From: Minisyncoccota bacterium
GTDB taxonomy: Bacteria > Patescibacteriota > Minisyncoccia > UBA6257 > UBA9933
Reading direction: 5' to 3'
Assembly: GCA_041653755.1 (NCBI GenBank)
Contig: JBAZEU010000002.1
Location: 16,707 to 80,706, forward strand
Length of the DNA stretch: 64,000 nucleotides
Below the pieces are notes generated by a model. The model saw only the letters and a program-made list of their open reading frames with translations, had not been told where the DNA came from and searched no databases. Below are positions 27,999 to 37,595 of the stretch, piece by piece. Position 1 is the stretch's first letter; each line of letters starts with the position of its first letter. Made by a program: the position numbers and the translations under genes.

Positions 27999-29723
27999 AT
28001 GGAAAAGCCAGCTCAAAAAATTAAATACTTCCTCTACGCAAGAAAATCATCGGAGAGCGAGGATCGGCAGGTTCAATCCATTGATGACCAGATCGACCGC
28101 CTAAAAGAACTTGCCAGAGATTTGAGCTTGGATATCAAGAAAATATATAAGGAGTCGAAATCAGCAAAAAAGCCAGACAACAGGCCATTGTTTGACGAAA
28201 TGATTCAACGTATTGAAGAAGGTGAGGCTGACGGCATTTTATGCTGGCAAATTAATCGACTCTCAAGAAATCCTATTGATAGCGGAAAGCTAAGCTGGCT
28301 TTTGCAGCAGGGCACGCTTAAATCAATTCAGACCATAGATCGGCAATATCTTCCAGACGATAACGTTATTCTCTTCAGCGTTGAAAGCGGAACGGCCAAT
28401 CAATATATTCTTGATTTAAGAAAGAATGTAAAACGAGGCCAGGCATCAAAACTGGCCAGAGGTTGGATGCCCGCATGCGCTCCCCAGGGTTACTTAAACA
28501 GCAAGACAAAGGAAAAGGGAGATAACGATATTTTTAAAGACCCAGAACGCTTTCCGATGATACGGAGAATGTGGGATTTAATGCTGACAGGAAATTACAC
28601 ACCCCCTCAAATCGCAAAGATCGCGAACGAGCAATGGGGCTACACAACCAGAAAGACGAAACGATCTGGCGGTAATCCTCTATCAAAAAGTGGAATTTAC
28701 AGAATTCTCACAAACATTTTCTATACAGGAATTATTGATTACGGCGGCCAACAATACGAAGGCAAGCATGAACCGATAATCACACTTGAAGAATACGATC
28801 ACGTGCAGAAGCTTCTTGGGAGAAAAGGCAGACCCAGGGCAAAGAGTCATACCTTCGCCTTTACTGGCTCATTCCGCTGTGCTGAATGCGGTTGCCTTTA
28901 TACAGCCGAAGAAAAACAAAAGCTCATCAAGAAAACTGGCAAAATAAAGGAATACACCTATTATCACTGCACCCGACGCAGAGAAGATTATGATTGTTCG
29001 CAAAAGAAAAGCATCACGCTTGATGATTTGGAATTGAAGATTGAAAAAGAAATCGAGAAATACACGATTCTGCCAGAGTTTCTGCAGTGGGCACTGGAAG
29101 GCTTAAGCAAAAAGAACGACACAGAGATCGAGGACAGAACAAAGATTTACGAAATGCAACACAAAACACTCGTCCAAACTCAGAAAGAACTGGACGAGCT
29201 GACTAAAATGAGGTACCGCCAGCTCATTGATGACGAAACATTTGTCAAAGACAAAAACGAACTATCAACCAAAATCGCCCAATTGAAAAATAAGCTCAGG
29301 GAAACTGAGGCCAGGGCTGAACGCTGGCTTGAATTAACCGAAAATACTTTCAGCTTCGCTACTTACGCACGATCAGCATTTATTAAGGCCAGTGAAATAG
29401 GCAAGGCAGGGTTAGAACTGAAGAAAGAAATACTTCTGGCATTGGGCCAAAGCCCTAAAATTAAAGACGGAGAGCTCGTGATCGAGCCCAATGAATGGTT
29501 TGTGCCAATACAAAAAGGCTATCCTGCACTTGAAAAGAAATACTTAGCGTTAGAACCGACGAAATTGCCACTAAATAAAGCAAAAACAGAGGCTTTGGCC
29601 TCTGTTCGTGCACACTGGCGGAGAGGGAGGGATTCGAACCCTCGGGGCCCTTTCGAACCCAACATCTTAGCAGGATGCTGCTTTAAGCCACTCAGCCACC
29701 TCTCCTTGTTATATCTCGGTTAG
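27999..29723 (+). CDS. Large serine recombinase (integrase); 3' end runs antisense through tRNA-Ser
   Basis: YARKSS catalytic Ser, NRLSRN, recombinase domain, zinc ribbon CAECG…YYHC…C, coiled coil. Confidence 0.95.
   Translation: MEKPAQKIKYFLYARKSSESEDRQVQSIDDQIDRLKELARDLSLDIKKIYKESKSAKKPDNRPLFDEMIQRIEEGEADGILCWQINRLSRNPIDSGKLSWLLQQGTLKSIQTIDRQYLPDDNVILFSVESGTANQYILDLRKNVKRGQASKLARGWMPACAPQGYLNSKTKEKGDNDIFKDPERFPMIRRMWDLMLTGNYTPPQIAKIANEQWGYTTRKTKRSGGNPLSKSGIYRILTNIFYTGIIDYGGQQYEGKHEPIITLEEYDHVQKLLGRKGRPRAKSHTFAFTGSFRCAECGCLYTAEEKQKLIKKTGKIKEYTYYHCTRRREDYDCSQKKSITLDDLELKIEKEIEKYTILPEFLQWALEGLSKKNDTEIEDRTKIYEMQHKTLVQTQKELDELTKMRYRQLIDDETFVKDKNELSTKIAQLKNKLRETEARAERWLELTENTFSFATYARSAFIKASEIGKAGLELKKEILLALGQSPKIKDGELVIEPNEWFVPIQKGYPALEKKYLALEPTKLPLNKAKTEALASVRAHWRRGRDSNPRGPFEPNILAGCCFKPLSHLSLLYLG
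29616..29705 (-). tRNA. tRNA-Ser(GCT), integration site
   Basis: GGAGAGG acceptor stem, loop CTGCTAA, long variable arm, encoded CCA. Confidence 0.95.
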
Positions 29724-29954
29724 TAGATATTTGATTCTTTCTTTGCCCTTGCCAGATTTTAAAAACAATTCTTCGCGTCTGGCATCTTTTTTAGAAAGAA
29801 ACGCTTCATAGTAAATCAATTTCCATGGCCCATTATTTTTTGTGTAAACTGATTTACCTGTATTATGTTCGATCATTCTTCTTTTTAAATCGTTCGTAAG
29901 GCCTTTATATAGTTTATCATTCTTACAGCTTTTCAAAAGATATACATAATACAT
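29709..29954 (-). CDS. Stand-alone GIY-YIG nuclease
   Basis: YYVYLLKS…LYKGLTNDLKRR..EHN.G…YTK…PWKLIYYE…ARREE.FLKSG.G. Confidence 0.92.
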   Translation of the reverse strand: MYYVYLLKSCKNDKLYKGLTNDLKRRMIEHNTGKSVYTKNNGPWKLIYYEAFLSKKDARREELFLKSGKGKERIKYLLTEI

Positions 29955-29972
29955 GTCTTTTATCGGTTTTAT

Positions 29973-30024
29973 ACTCAGCCCCAGCCTAAGGCTGGTCCGC
30001 CTCGGGCGGAACCTCTCCTTGTTA
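29973..30024 (-). repeat. Duplicate of the tRNA-Ser 5' end (22 bp) interrupted by a 30-bp double hairpin
   Basis: actcagcc[ccagcctaaggctggtccgcctcgggcgga]acctctccttgtta versus actcagccacctctccttgtta at 29690-29711. Confidence 0.85.
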
Positions 30025-30082
30025 AAGCCGACGCTTATTTTTCCTTGTAATTATCTACAATTTCTGCTAATTTTACAAGATA

Positions 30083-31546
30083 ATGAAGAAAAAACAAGCT
30101 GAAAAATTATCGCCTCGACCGCCGATTGTAGTCATCTTGGGACATGTTGATCACGGTAAAACCACTCTTTTGGACTATATCCGAAAAACCAACGTTGCTG
30201 CCAAAGAAGCGGGCGGTATCACTCAATCAATCGGTGCTTACGAAATAGAACATACTGGCAAAAAAATAACTTTTGTTGATACGCCTGGTCATGAGGCCTT
30301 TAATAAAATGAGAGAACGCGGCGCTAATGTTGCTGACCTAGCTATTTTAGTGGTAGCGGCCGAAGAAGGGTTGAAACCTCAAACCAAAGAATCAATAGAT
30401 ATTTTAAACAAAACTAAAACGCCTTTTGTTGTCGCGATAAATAAAATTGATAAGCCAGCCGCTAATATCGATAAGGTTATTAATGATTTATTAGAGGCGG
30501 GTGTTTTATTAGAAAAATATGGCGGTCATATTCCGTGGCAAGGGATTTCCGCTAAGACCGGTGAAGGCGTGAACGAACTTTTAGATCTTATTCTTCTGGT
30601 TGGTGAAATGGAAAGTTTGACATATTCTTTCGATGTTCAAGCTAAAGGAATAATCATTGAATCAAAACTTGACCCGAAAAGGGGAGCTACAGCGGCTATT
30701 GTTTTGAAGGATGGAACTTTGAAAATCGGTGATCAAATCGCCACACAAACAGCTTTTGGCAAAATAAAAACATTGGAGAACTTTTTAGGAAAAAGAGTAG
30801 ATGAAATTTTGCCTTCAAGTCCGGTTTTAATCTTGGGTTTTGAAACAATGCCGCAGATTGGCGAAGAGTTCTGGGCCGGCGGAATAAACATCGTTGAGAT
30901 TAAAACGCCGCCCCTCGAGGCGCCGCCCGAAAGAATAGCGGTTCAAGAAGAAGGGCTAAAAGAAAATTATATCAATCTGATTATAAAAGCGGATAGTGCC
31001 GGATCATTAGAAGCCTTGAGAAGCATAATTGAGGCGATTCCGTTGAAAGACCAAAAAATGAAATTTTTGGAAGCGTCAGTCGGAGATATAACCGATGGCG
31101 ATATCGGCTTGGCTCAAGCCAGCAAAGCGGTAATTATTGGTTTCAAGGTGAAAGTTCAGAAAGCCGCTCAAGAGTTTGCTAGGATCCACAACGTAAAAAT
31201 CGTTACGTCAGACATCATCTATGAGATTGTTAAAATTTTGGAAGAGGGCTCGATCGCTAAAATGCCTCCGACTATATTAGGCGAATTGGAAGTTTTGGCT
31301 GTTTTTAACCAAAAAACAAAAAAACAAATTATTGGCGGGAAAGTAATTTCTGGCGTCATCAAGGCCAATAGTCGGCTCAAGGTAAAAAGAGGCGATGGAG
31401 ATCTCGGTACCGGGAAAATTTTAAATCTTCAACAACAAAAACAGGATGCCAAAGAAATTAAAGCTGACAATGAATGTGGTATGCTTTTTGAATCAGACAC
31501 GAAGATTAATGTTGGCGACCACTTAGTCCATGAATCACAGAATTGA
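30083..31546 (+). CDS. infB: Translation initiation factor IF-2 (no N-terminal extension)
   Basis: RPPIVVILGHVDHGKTTLLD, DTPGHEAF, NKID. Confidence 0.97.
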   Translation: MKKKQAEKLSPRPPIVVILGHVDHGKTTLLDYIRKTNVAAKEAGGITQSIGAYEIEHTGKKITFVDTPGHEAFNKMRERGANVADLAILVVAAEEGLKPQTKESIDILNKTKTPFVVAINKIDKPAANIDKVINDLLEAGVLLEKYGGHIPWQGISAKTGEGVNELLDLILLVGEMESLTYSFDVQAKGIIIESKLDPKRGATAAIVLKDGTLKIGDQIATQTAFGKIKTLENFLGKRVDEILPSSPVLILGFETMPQIGEEFWAGGINIVEIKTPPLEAPPERIAVQEEGLKENYINLIIKADSAGSLEALRSIIEAIPLKDQKMKFLEASVGDITDGDIGLAQASKAVIIGFKVKVQKAAQEFARIHNVKIVTSDIIYEIVKILEEGSIAKMPPTILGELEVLAVFNQKTKKQIIGGKVISGVIKANSRLKVKRGDGDLGTGKILNLQQQKQDAKEIKADNECGMLFESDTKINVGDHLVHESQN

Positions 31547-31865
31547 ACGTTTAAACGAACTGGTTAAAGAAGAGCTGGGAAAAATGTTTTTGAAAGAACT
31601 GGATTTTGAAAATGTTTTGGTTACTATCATGACAGTGGAAATTTCTGATGACTTGGTGGACGCAAGGATAAAGGTGAATGTTATGCCGTTGACGAAATTC
31701 AACGAAGTGGCGGAAATTTTAAGACAGAATCGTAATCATTTGAGATTTCTTTTAATGAAACGAATTAAGATTAGACAAATTCCCCAATTAAATTTTGAGA
31801 TTAACGAACAGCCGGAAAAAGCATCAGAGGTTGAAAAAATCTTTTCAAACGATAAAATAGAATAA
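31530..31865 (+). CDS. rbfA: Ribosome-binding factor A
   Basis: RIERLNE…VTIMTVEISDDL..A…RQIPQLNF, directly after infB. Confidence 0.9.
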   Translation: MNHRIERLNELVKEELGKMFLKELDFENVLVTIMTVEISDDLVDARIKVNVMPLTKFNEVAEILRQNRNHLRFLLMKRIKIRQIPQLNFEINEQPEKASEVEKIFSNDKIE

Positions 31866-31872
31866 TATTTTA

Positions 31873-31944
31873 GGCCAGGTAGCCAAGTGGTAAGGCAAGG
31901 GTCTGCAAAACCCTTATACGCGGGTTCGATTCCCACCCTGGCCT
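31873..31944 (+). tRNA. tRNA-Cys(GCA)
   Basis: Loop CTGCAAA; U73 discriminator. Confidence 0.93.
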
Positions 31945-31954
31945 CTCGAATTAT

Positions 31955-32038
31955 GCCCGGGTGGCGGAATTGGTATACGCAAAGGACTTAAAATCCTTCA
32001 CTCGCAAGGGTTTGTGGGTTCGAGTCCCACCCCGGGCA
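31955..32038 (+). tRNA. tRNA-Leu(TAA)
   Basis: Loop CTTAAAA; long variable arm. Confidence 0.94.
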
Positions 32039-32055
32039 CAAGTTTACATAGGACG

Positions 32056-33426
32056 TTAATCTCCTCTTCTGAAAAACGGTCTGAATAATAGTTGAAGATA
32101 ATGATAAGGTAATTTCACTCCTTTGACGGGACGGACTTCGTTTACTTTTCTGCCAAAAATTAGAATACTTATTAATCTTAAAATCCCAGAAATCAAAAAT
32201 ATAAACAGAAAGATATTCATAAAACCTATTGGCATTTTAGCTAAAAATCCTCCTAGCCCAGCGCCGATGAAAACTCCGAATCCGGCTAAAACGCTGAAAT
32301 AAGCAAAACACAAACTTCTTCTTTTCGGAGTGACATTATCAAAAATAAAATTAGCAGTGGCTAAGTTGAGACCGGCCCAAGCGATACCGTTAAGAATCAT
32401 CGGGACTAATAAAATATAGTAAAAGTTTTGAGAAAAAATCCACAATATAGGATAGATTGAAGCTAAGAGACCACTGGCCTTTAATGTTTCGACGTTGCCG
32501 TATTTATCGGAAAATTTTCCCCAAAATGGGAATAAGATAACTTGGATAACTGTTGGGACGATAATTAAAGCAATCGTATATTGAACATAGCTGAACCCCA
32601 GTTCTCTTAAAACAAAAACGCCATAAAAGGGAGCGGCAATATTTACGGCTAAAGCGAATATTGATCGATGAAGGACAAATTTGCCGAAATTATTATTTTT
32701 CATCCGCTTAATAAAACTCCAAAAACTGAAATAGTAACCTTCTTCGAGGGTTAATTTCGGCTCGTATTTTTGTTTGGTGTAATAAAGCGCAAAAAACCTG
32801 AAAATAGCGCTTGCGCCGAAAAGGGCGATAAAGCAATAAAAAAGATTATTTCTTTGTTTGCCGTAATCCAGGAAGAATGAAGAGGCGATTACCCCAATAA
32901 GAGAAATAATGCTTCCAGTGGAATTGAGGAAAGCAAAATATCTTCCTCTTTTTATTTCGGGAACCAAATCGCCAATCCATGAGTTTCCGGCTGGCGCTGA
33001 CAAGTTCCCGACTAAAGCGTAAACAGTCCACAAAACAATAATTAGGAAAGAGATATTCTTTAACCCATTCAAGTACAACAAAACAGAAGCAATTATCGGT
33101 AACCAGATTAAGGCCTGAAGAATCGCTAGCCGAAATACAATTTTTTTCCTTCCAAATTTTTCTATTAATCTTGAGGTGAAAAGCTGGGCCAAAGGAGCGA
33201 CTAAGCTGGTGATAGAAGTAAAGGCTGCGATTTCTGAAAGGGTGGCCTTAACGGCGATTAAATACGGCGTGATATAAGTATCGCCGATTGAACCAGCTGC
33301 GGAACCTAAAGCATTTTCTTTAACGGTAATTCTTAAACTTTTATCTTTGAGGTCTTCTTCCTCGCTTATGCCCGGTTCTTCGGTAGAGGTCATTTTTCTA
33401 TAATAGTTGGTGAACTTTTTAAACAT
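32056..33426 (-). CDS. MFS transporter
   Basis: 12 TM; motif A variants RLIEKFGRK and GKFSDKYGN. Confidence 0.9.
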   Translation of the reverse strand: MFKKFTNYYRKMTSTEEPGISEEEDLKDKSLRITVKENALGSAAGSIGDTYITPYLIAVKATLSEIAAFTSITSLVAPLAQLFTSRLIEKFGRKKIVFRLAILQALIWLPIIASVLLYLNGLKNISFLIIVLWTVYALVGNLSAPAGNSWIGDLVPEIKRGRYFAFLNSTGSIISLIGVIASSFFLDYGKQRNNLFYCFIALFGASAIFRFFALYYTKQKYEPKLTLEEGYYFSFWSFIKRMKNNNFGKFVLHRSIFALAVNIAAPFYGVFVLRELGFSYVQYTIALIIVPTVIQVILFPFWGKFSDKYGNVETLKASGLLASIYPILWIFSQNFYYILLVPMILNGIAWAGLNLATANFIFDNVTPKRRSLCFAYFSVLAGFGVFIGAGLGGFLAKMPIGFMNIFLFIFLISGILRLISILIFGRKVNEVRPVKGVKLPYHYLQLLFRPFFRRGD

Positions 33427-33453
33427 TTTTAAAACAGATTGATGTTTATAATA

Positions 33454-33501
33454 GATATATCAGAATTAATTCTGATATATCAAACCTTGATTTGATATAT
33501 C
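33454..33501. promoter_or_regulatory. Three GATATATC palindromes at 20-bp period
   Basis: Copies at 33454, 33474 and 33494 in the divergent MFS/recG intergenic region. Confidence 0.55.
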
Positions 33502-33526
33502 GAGCAAGCTCGCTATACTCATTCTA

Positions 33527-35662
33527 ATGGTTACACTCAATAATTCAATCACCGAAGTAAAAGGCATCGGTCCGAAATTCGCCGTTAAACTAAAAAAGCT
33601 TGGTATCGAAACTGTCAAAGATTTACTTTGGCATTTTCCGTTTCGCTATGAAGATTTTGCCGAAGTTAAGAAAATTGCTGATTTGAAAGTTAACGAACCG
33701 GCCACTATTTCTGGCGTGATACAACAAGTAAGAGTGCAGCGAACATGGAAAAGAAAAATGTTCATTGTTGAAATTGTGGTGGTTGATGACACCGGGAGTA
33801 TCTCAGCTGTTTGGTTCAATCAGCGACACTTAGCGGCGATCTTAAAAAAAGGGAAAACCATAAATTTAGCCGGGAAAGTTGTCTCCAAGAAAAATAGAAT
33901 ATATTTATCAAGCCCGGTTTATGAATTCGTAAACTATGAGGAGCAAGACACTAAACATACGGCTCGGTTAGTTCCTATTTATCCTGAAACGCGAGGATTA
34001 ACATCAAAGGCATTAAGATATTTAATAAAGCCGGTTTTGGACGACTTGGAAAAGTTAGATGATTTTTTACCTGAGACGGTTTTAGGGAAGTTTAATTTCC
34101 CAGAAATAAATTCTGCGCTAAATCAAATTCATTTTCCTGATAAACCCGAAGAAAGTAAGTTTGCCAAAAGACGTTTTGCTTTTGAAGATTTATTTTTACT
34201 TCAGCTTATTAATTTGAGACAGCGGTTGAAATTAGCCAAGCAAAAATCTTTTTCTTTTGAAGCAACTGATGAATATATAGAAAAACTTTTTAAAAACCTG
34301 CCCTTTGAATTAACTGAATCACAGAAAAAGTCATTTTTTGAAGTGATTAACGACCTGAAAAAATCTAGGCCGATGAACAGATTGCTCCAGGGTGATGTTG
34401 GCTCTGGGAAAACAATTGTCGCTGCTTTAGTCGCTATTATCGTTAGTAAGCCCTTCGGTGCTACTCAGGGTAAACAAAGCGTTTTTATGGCTCCTACTGA
34501 AGTTTTAGCCCGTCAGCATTATGAAACATTTAAGAAATTCTTTCCTGAATTTGAAAAAGGTTTAGGGCTTTTTATATCAAGTGAAGTAAAAGTTTTTTAT
34601 GGCGATGGTTTGGAACAGACCATACCGAAAGCTGATTTTTTGAAAAAAATTTCTTCTGGTGAATTAAAAATAATTATTGGGACTCACGCTCTTATCCAGA
34701 AAGGCGTGAAATTTAAAGATTTAGCTTTTGTGGTAATTGACGAACAGCACAGGTTCGGCGTTTCCCAACGTGCCCAGCTTGTTAAAGGATCAAAAACTGT
34801 TCCGCATTTTTTGAGTATGTCAGCCACCCCGATTCCACGAACGCTTACTTTAACTATTTTTGGCGACTTGGATTTATCGATTATTGACGAGCTTCCGAAA
34901 GATCGAAAACCAGTTATTACCAAAATTGTCGCGCCTGAAAATCGCGACAAGGCCTATGCTTTTATTCGTGGCCAAGTTAAAAAAGGAAGACAAGTTTTTG
35001 TTATTTGCCCTAGAATTGAAAAGGACACTACTATTTTGCCCGAAGGAATTGGTTACCAATTTGATTGGCGTATTGAATTAAAAGCAGTTGAAGAGGAATA
35101 CGAAAAGCTTTCAAAAAATGTTTTCCCGGATTTGAAAGTTGGTATGCTTCACGGAAAGTTGAAAGCCAAAGAAAAAGCAAGAATAATGAAAGAATTCAAA
35201 AATAAAGAGATAGATATTTTGGTTGCCACTTCGGTTGTGGAAGTTGGCGTTGATGTGCCAAACGCCACCATTATGATGATTGAAGGAGCGGAAAGATTTG
35301 GCTTGGCCCAGCTTTATCAGTTTCGCGGTAGAGTCGGCAGAGGAGAACATCAATCATTTTGTTTTTTATTCACTGAATCGTTTAGCTCGACCACGAGAGA
35401 GCGTTTAGAATCTTTACTTGAAGCAAAAAACGGATTTGAATTGGCTGAAAAGGATTTGGCGATTCGCGGCCCGGGAGAAATTTTAGGCGAAAGCCAAACC
35501 GGTTTGCCTGATTTAGCAATGAAAGCAATTCAAAATCCGGATTTAGTAAAAGCCAGCCGCGAAATGGCTGAGGAAACATTAAAAGAAGACCCGAAACTAG
35601 AAAATCATCTCGCCTTAAAAAATCGTTTAGATTTATTTCAGAAAGAAGTTCACCTAGAGTAG
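33527..35662 (+). CDS. recG: ATP-dependent DNA helicase RecG
   Basis: RLLQGDVGSGKT, DEQHRFG, SATPIPRT, QFRGRVGRG, DLAIRGPGE. Confidence 0.97.
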   Translation: MVTLNNSITEVKGIGPKFAVKLKKLGIETVKDLLWHFPFRYEDFAEVKKIADLKVNEPATISGVIQQVRVQRTWKRKMFIVEIVVVDDTGSISAVWFNQRHLAAILKKGKTINLAGKVVSKKNRIYLSSPVYEFVNYEEQDTKHTARLVPIYPETRGLTSKALRYLIKPVLDDLEKLDDFLPETVLGKFNFPEINSALNQIHFPDKPEESKFAKRRFAFEDLFLLQLINLRQRLKLAKQKSFSFEATDEYIEKLFKNLPFELTESQKKSFFEVINDLKKSRPMNRLLQGDVGSGKTIVAALVAIIVSKPFGATQGKQSVFMAPTEVLARQHYETFKKFFPEFEKGLGLFISSEVKVFYGDGLEQTIPKADFLKKISSGELKIIIGTHALIQKGVKFKDLAFVVIDEQHRFGVSQRAQLVKGSKTVPHFLSMSATPIPRTLTLTIFGDLDLSIIDELPKDRKPVITKIVAPENRDKAYAFIRGQVKKGRQVFVICPRIEKDTTILPEGIGYQFDWRIELKAVEEEYEKLSKNVFPDLKVGMLHGKLKAKEKARIMKEFKNKEIDILVATSVVEVGVDVPNATIMMIEGAERFGLAQLYQFRGRVGRGEHQSFCFLFTESFSSTTRERLESLLEAKNGFELAEKDLAIRGPGEILGESQTGLPDLAMKAIQNPDLVKASREMAEETLKEDPKLENHLALKNRLDLFQKEVHLE

Positions 35663-37183
35663 TTAGGGATTTTCTATTATTCGTCTTTTCGGTGTAACCC
35701 AAAAATCAAGCCGGTGTTTTCCGCTTAACATAAGCCGGGTTTGAGCATCGAGAGCTGGTATTGATCCGAAAAATATTAAATTTATAGGCATCAAAAACCA
35801 TTGCAAAATATAGAGTGAGTAATGCCATTTTTTAAACCATTTTGGTTTATCTGGGAGCGTTAGAATATTAAAAATCACTGTTGATATTATTCCAATGGAA
35901 GCGAACGTCATTAAAAACGAGGTAATTTTCGGCAGGTTATAAGATAGAATCGATATATTGAATCTGTCTCCGCCCAGTTGGATTGGCAACCATCCGAGAA
36001 GAAAAATCAAAAGCGCATTTGTTGACCAGCCGAAAGAACCGGATATTAAGTCGAGAGACCATTTAATTTTTTCTTTAAGAAGAATTTTTTTATTTTTTGC
36101 AAAGCCAGCTACTAAGTAAGCAATATTCTCGGCCCCCCAAGCCCATCGTCTTTGTTGTTTATAAAGATTAGAAATAGTTTCTTTCATGGTCGGACCGACA
36201 TTGGCATCCATCGAAACAGGATAGAAAAGGGGAATGACTCGCCAGTCACCATTGTAATGCAGAAAACATTGAAAAAAGATATTCGAATCCTCAGAAACTA
36301 TATTGGTATTCCAAAAACCAATTTCAGCCAGCGCTTTGAATGGGATAGATTGAGAGGAAAAAGTTGTTAATTTTTCTGGTCTGCTTTGCTGCATCAATTG
36401 CCAGGAACTGCAGGTGAAAGAAACAACTCGGGCTAATGCCGGCGCTTGGTAAATATTATTGTTGAAAAAAGGAATCGGCTGATAGCTTGAACGAAGGGGA
36501 TTCTTGGCGGTTAAAAAATTATAAGTTAAAACTCCGAAATAATCTTTCATAATTTGAGTGTCGACATCAAAAATTGAAACTAAAATATTTTCGTAAGGAA
36601 TTTTTAAAGGATCGATAATCGTTTTTTTAACTTCTTTGCCCGCCCATGCTTCATTTGATCCTTTCCCGGCTATTTCACCCGGTAAGTTTTTCGGATGGAC
36701 AGTTATTAAAAATTTAAAAAATTTATCGCCGAAATCTTGTTTTATCCTTTTGGCTGTTTCCTGAGCTTCTGGGCTTGCTCTTTCTTCTGTGGCCAAGACC
36801 ACGATTATTTTATCTGCTGGATAGTTAGCATTGGCTATTGTTTCAAAGCTTTCTTTTACAACGTTATATGGTTCTTTATACATTGGAAGGATTACAACGT
36901 GATAAATATCTTCCCAGCGAATTTGCATAAAGCAGGAATTAAGCGGTAGGATTTTGAGTTTTTCGAGCCAATTAGTTTTTAAATTTTGGTCAGCTTTTGA
37001 GAATCCGAGATGAAGATGAATTGCTAAGTAAAGAGTTTTTAAAAGCCAATATAAATCAAAAACAATAATAAAAACAGCTACCCAAACAGGCTGAAACCAA
37101 GAAAAGAAAATAGCCAAGGCCAAAGCAGTCCAAGCTAATGCGCCAGGCAAAATTTCAAAAAACCGATAAAGTTTTGATGACAT
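35663..37183 (-). CDS. Membrane glycosyltransferase family 2
   Basis: DVD (DxD), SED and QQRRW motifs with flanking TM helices. Confidence 0.88.
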   Translation of the reverse strand: MSSKLYRFFEILPGALAWTALALAIFFSWFQPVWVAVFIIVFDLYWLLKTLYLAIHLHLGFSKADQNLKTNWLEKLKILPLNSCFMQIRWEDIYHVVILPMYKEPYNVVKESFETIANANYPADKIIVVLATEERASPEAQETAKRIKQDFGDKFFKFLITVHPKNLPGEIAGKGSNEAWAGKEVKKTIIDPLKIPYENILVSIFDVDTQIMKDYFGVLTYNFLTAKNPLRSSYQPIPFFNNNIYQAPALARVVSFTCSSWQLMQQSRPEKLTTFSSQSIPFKALAEIGFWNTNIVSEDSNIFFQCFLHYNGDWRVIPLFYPVSMDANVGPTMKETISNLYKQQRRWAWGAENIAYLVAGFAKNKKILLKEKIKWSLDLISGSFGWSTNALLIFLLGWLPIQLGGDRFNISILSYNLPKITSFLMTFASIGIISTVIFNILTLPDKPKWFKKWHYSLYILQWFLMPINLIFFGSIPALDAQTRLMLSGKHRLDFWVTPKRRIIENP

Positions 37184-37187
37184 AACG

Positions 37188-37262
37188 CAGCCCCGACGGG
37201 ATTCGAACCCGTGTTACCAGGATGAAAACCTGGCGTCCTGGACCAGGCTAGACGACAGGGCC
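37188..37262 (-). tRNA. tRNA-Glu(TTC)
   Basis: Cloverleaf; loop TTTTCAT. Confidence 0.93.
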
Positions 37263-37314
37263 CTAATAAAGCATCTTATCAAAAACATTCTCTTTCTTCA
37301 ACCGAAAAAATTTA

Positions 37315-37343
37315 TTGACATGAAATTGAATAGATGATAATAT
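37315..37343 (+). promoter_or_regulatory. Sigma70 promoter
   Basis: TTGACA-17bp-TAATAT with extended TG. Confidence 0.65.
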
Positions 37344-37397
37344 TTTAACTTCAAGGATTTGTTGTTTTACATTTTTTATATTCTATGGAGGGAAGGC

Positions 37398-37571
37398 ATG
37401 AGCGGAACCTTTAATGAACTTCGGAGAGGAATTGCTAAAGAGCAATTCGGTTGTCAGTTTAGGCGTTTAAGTCCAGATCAACGAAAACAAGTGAAAGATC
37501 TAGCACGTAGAACGGTGGTTGAACGAGACCTTGCAATACGAAGCGTAAAAGACGGAGATAGAAAAAAATAA
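37398..37571 (+). CDS. Small basic hypothetical protein (57 aa)
   Basis: RBS ggagg before ATG 37398; Arg/Lys-rich. Confidence 0.55.
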   Translation: MSGTFNELRRGIAKEQFGCQFRRLSPDQRKQVKDLARRTVVERDLAIRSVKDGDRKK

Positions 37572-37595
37572 AAACTTTGTCACTTTTAATATTTT

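Larger units (their letters stand above)
15428..29622. mobile_element. Integrative element (~14.2 kb) in the tRNA-Ser(GCT) 3' end; serine recombinase, primase-helicase, excisionase-like HTH, cargo operon
   Basis: Direct repeat CTGGCGGA at 15428-15435 and 29615-29622 (the tRNA 3' end, TCCGCCAG on the minus strand). Integrase at the right end; a recombinase-tail-like frame starts at the left repeat. Confidence 0.85.

Noticed and set aside
30083-31546. IF-2 lacking its N-terminal domain as a possible pseudogene
   Set aside because: The G domain and C-terminal domains are intact; short IF-2 is common in reduced genomes.
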